NCBI GenBank assembly: GCA_039714095.1
Contig: JBDLJZ010000003.1
Coordinates: 1 to 44,166 of the forward strand
From: Nanobdellota archaeon
Lineage (GTDB): Archaea > Nanobdellota > Nanobdellia > Pacearchaeales > GW2011-AR1
Direction: 5' to 3'
Length of the DNA: 44,166 bases
Shown here: positions 41,626 to 44,166 of the stretch, piece by piece
Numbering within the stretch: the stretch's first letter is position 1
Layout: every line of letters begins with the position of its first letter
Program-made: the position numbers and the translations under genes
Notes under the pieces: model-generated
The model's database searches: none
What the model saw: the letters and a program-made list of their open reading frames with translations, nothing else
What the model was told of the DNA's origin: nothing

Positions 41626-43452
41626 ATGAAACAAATCAGACAACCAATTGTGACTGTCTGCGGACATGTAGACCATGGAAAAACTTCAATTTTAGATTGT
41701 CTTAGAAGCAGCTGTGTCCAGAAAGGCGAAGCAGGAGGAATCACGCAAAAAATATCTTTTACTTCTTATCCAATGAATCAACTCAAAAACGCCTGCCCTT
41801 TAATTGAAAAATTAGGAACAAAATTAAACATTCCAGGATTTTTACTAATTGACACTCCTGGGCACGCAGCATTTACAAATCTAAGAAAACGTGGCGGTTC
41901 TCTTGCTGACTTAGCAGTTCTTGTTATAGATATTAATGATGGGATAAAACCACAAACAGCAGAAGTAATTCAAATTCTAAAACACAATAAAACACCTTTC
42001 ATAATTGCATTAAATAAGATAGATAATATTTCTGGGTGGAAGCCTCCGCAACAAAAAATTGGAGGTTATGAAGAAGCATCAATCTCTTTAAAAGAAAGCA
42101 TTGAATCACAACCACAAAACGTAAAACAAATTTTCAACGAAAGATATATGACAATAATTGGAGCATTAAACAGTCATGGATTTGACGCTGATTTATATTA
42201 TAATATTGATGATTTCACAAAAAAAATTGCTTTAGTTCCAACTTCAGCACAAACAAAAGAAGGCATACCTGAATTAATAATGATGCTTTGCGGAATTTCA
42301 CAAAAATATTTAGCAGATAAATTAGAACTCGGAAAAGATGCAAAAGGGGTAATGCTTGAAATCAAAAAAGAAAAATCTACCAATTATATTGAGGCAATTC
42401 TTTATGATGGAGAACTTAAAAAAACAGATCAAATTGCAGTAGCGTCTTTTGATGGCGAGCGATTTCGTGGTAAGGGCAAACATAGTTCATCAATCTCCTG
42501 TGCGGGGTCGCGAGTTGAACCAATAATAACAAAAATAAGAATCTTAGAAGAAATAAAACCTCTTTGTGCAAAATTTTCTCCAAAAGATAAAGTTACTGCT
42601 TCAACTGGATTAAGAATGCAACTTGTAGAAAAAAAAGAAATTCTTCCAGGAATGCCATTTGAAATTTATAAAAATAATTTAAAAGAAATAAAAGAAAAAT
42701 TCACAAAAGAAATTTCAGAAAACATTCAAACACAAAAACAAGGAATCATCGCAAAAGCAGATTCTTTAGGGAGTTTAGAAGCACTTTTAGTTTTATTAAA
42801 AGAAAATAATATTTCAGTAGTTAAAGTAGGAATTGGAAACATAAATAAAAAAGATATAATTTCAGCAAAGGCAAATCTTGACATAAATGAATTAGATTCA
42901 ATAATTATTGGATTTAATACTTCAATTGATGAAGACGCAAAAGAAATTCAAGGAAACATAAAAGTTTTAACAGAAGAAGTAATTTACAAATTAATTGAAA
43001 ATTTAGTTGAGTGGAGAAAAGAAAAAACAAACGAAATAGAAAAGAAAAGATTAATGGGATTAGCAACAATCACAAAATTAAAAGTTTTACATCAATATGT
43101 TTTTAGAAACACAAGTCCAGCAATTTTCGGAGTTAAAATTGAAGGGGGAAAATTAATTTCTGGACAAAATTTAGTTGATGAAAAAGGAGAAAAAGTAGGG
43201 AAAATAAAAAATATTCAATCAGAACAAAAATCTGTAAACCAAGCAACAGAAGGAATGGAAGTTGCAATATCAATTCCAGGAATAAATTTTGAAAGAGCAA
43301 TGAAAGACAGAAATAATATTTATTCAGATTTAGGAGAATCACAATTTAGAAATTTCAAAAAGAATAAAGATTTGCTCTCGCAAAACGAAATTAAAATTTT
43401 GCAGGAAATTGCAGAAATTAAGCGACAGAAAAAAGCAGATTGGGGAAATTAA
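41626..43452 (+). CDS. infB: translation initiation factor aIF5B/IF2
   Basis: GHVDHGKT, EAGGITQ, DTPGH, NKID and GSLEAL motifs. Confidence 0.96.
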   Translation: MKQIRQPIVTVCGHVDHGKTSILDCLRSSCVQKGEAGGITQKISFTSYPMNQLKNACPLIEKLGTKLNIPGFLLIDTPGHAAFTNLRKRGGSLADLAVLVIDINDGIKPQTAEVIQILKHNKTPFIIALNKIDNISGWKPPQQKIGGYEEASISLKESIESQPQNVKQIFNERYMTIIGALNSHGFDADLYYNIDDFTKKIALVPTSAQTKEGIPELIMMLCGISQKYLADKLELGKDAKGVMLEIKKEKSTNYIEAILYDGELKKTDQIAVASFDGERFRGKGKHSSSISCAGSRVEPIITKIRILEEIKPLCAKFSPKDKVTASTGLRMQLVEKKEILPGMPFEIYKNNLKEIKEKFTKEISENIQTQKQGIIAKADSLGSLEALLVLLKENNISVVKVGIGNINKKDIISAKANLDINELDSIIIGFNTSIDEDAKEIQGNIKVLTEEVIYKLIENLVEWRKEKTNEIEKKRLMGLATITKLKVLHQYVFRNTSPAIFGVKIEGGKLISGQNLVDEKGEKVGKIKNIQSEQKSVNQATEGMEVAISIPGINFERAMKDRNNIYSDLGESQFRNFKKNKDLLSQNEIKILQEIAEIKRQKKADWGN

Positions 43453-43453
43453 G

Positions 43454-43765
43454 ATGAATTTAGAAGAATTAAAAAGAAAGCTAAAACAATATAATAAAAA
43501 AGATATAATTGTGACAAATCACGCAGAATTACAAGCTATTGTTAGAGAAATTAATTTAGATGAAGTAAAGGAAAACATAGTAGATCCGGAAAAATTAGTT
43601 TACATTAAAAAAGAATCAACGCAAAAGGAAAATGAAGAAAAATATGATTGTTATTTCGCATACTCAAAGCAGTTGTATCACAGGTATATAATCGTTATAA
43701 ATGCAAGGATTATTATAGTAACAATAATTAAAATAAATAGGAATTGGCAAAAAGCAATAGGTTAA
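43454..43765 (+). CDS. DUF4258-like putative toxin
   Basis: IIVTNHAELQ...R.I...IIVTI pattern; start reassigned to the coupled ATG at 43454; paired with a DUF2283-like gene. Confidence 0.6.
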   Translation: MNLEELKRKLKQYNKKDIIVTNHAELQAIVREINLDEVKENIVDPEKLVYIKKESTQKENEEKYDCYFAYSKQLYHRYIIVINARIIIVTIIKINRNWQKAIG

Positions 43766-43766
43766 A

Positions 43767-44108
43767 ATGGAAAATTTTAAATTTAGTTATGATTCTGAAA
43801 ATGATGATTTATTTATGTATTTAGAAGGAAAAAAATCTAAAGGAGCAGTCGAATTAGGAAACTTTATTTTGGATTTTGATAATAAAGGAAATTTGGTAGC
43901 CATGCAAATTCTTAATGTTTCAGAAATCATTTCGAAGATTCTTTCAAAAATAATAAAAATTTCTGAGTTAAAAGAAGTAAAAATGAACATTATTAATTTT
44001 AGAAATATGGATGCTATAAGATTTTATATTTCAGATGGAATTAATGAAGAAACTACAAATATTTTAATACCGCACATTAAAGAAAAAAGTCCTGTTTTGA
44101 GTCATTAA
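43767..44108 (+). CDS. DUF2283-family protein (putative antitoxin)
   Basis: YDSENDDLFMY and ILDFDNKGNLVAMQILNVS motifs. Confidence 0.8.
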   Translation: MENFKFSYDSENDDLFMYLEGKKSKGAVELGNFILDFDNKGNLVAMQILNVSEIISKILSKIIKISELKEVKMNIINFRNMDAIRFYISDGINEETTNILIPHIKEKSPVLSH

Positions 44109-44165
44109 ATTTTGCAGGAAATTGCAGAAATTAAGCGACAGAAAAAAGATGGATGGGAAAATTAG
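44107..44165 (+). repeat. second copy of the infB 3' end
   Basis: 42 bp identical to 43394-43435, then DGWEN* versus ADWGN* with the stop at the same codon. Confidence 0.95.
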
Positions 44166-44166
44166 A

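Overview
AT-rich archaeal chromosome segment. Gene content, short or absent leaders and the divergent rRNAs point to a DPANN lineage, probably Pacearchaeota-like (inference). Core genes: mre11 and a truncated rad50, korA/korB, HemK-type methyltransferase, RNase J, the pop5-psmA-SBDS-rrp4-rrp41-rrp42 superoperon, rpoK, enolase, rps2, pyrG, malic enzyme, aIF5B, and a 16S-tRNA(Ala)-23S operon. Accessory genes include bacterial-type ispG, a stand-alone LigD phosphoesterase, two toxin-antitoxin-like pairs, NYN nucleases and large secreted proteins. Four structures go beyond standard annotation. (1) At three loci (korB, pop5, infB), accessory genes lie between duplicated ends of a core gene; the extra copies largely keep the encoded peptide, and no recombinase is present. 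(2) A covarying ~50-bp palindromic element occurs in the 16S leader and in frame inside core genes. (3) A hairpin leader precedes all three NYN starts. (4) Several normally near-invariant peptidyl-transferase and decoding-centre nucleotides are substituted. All calls come from reading the sequence; no searches were run.
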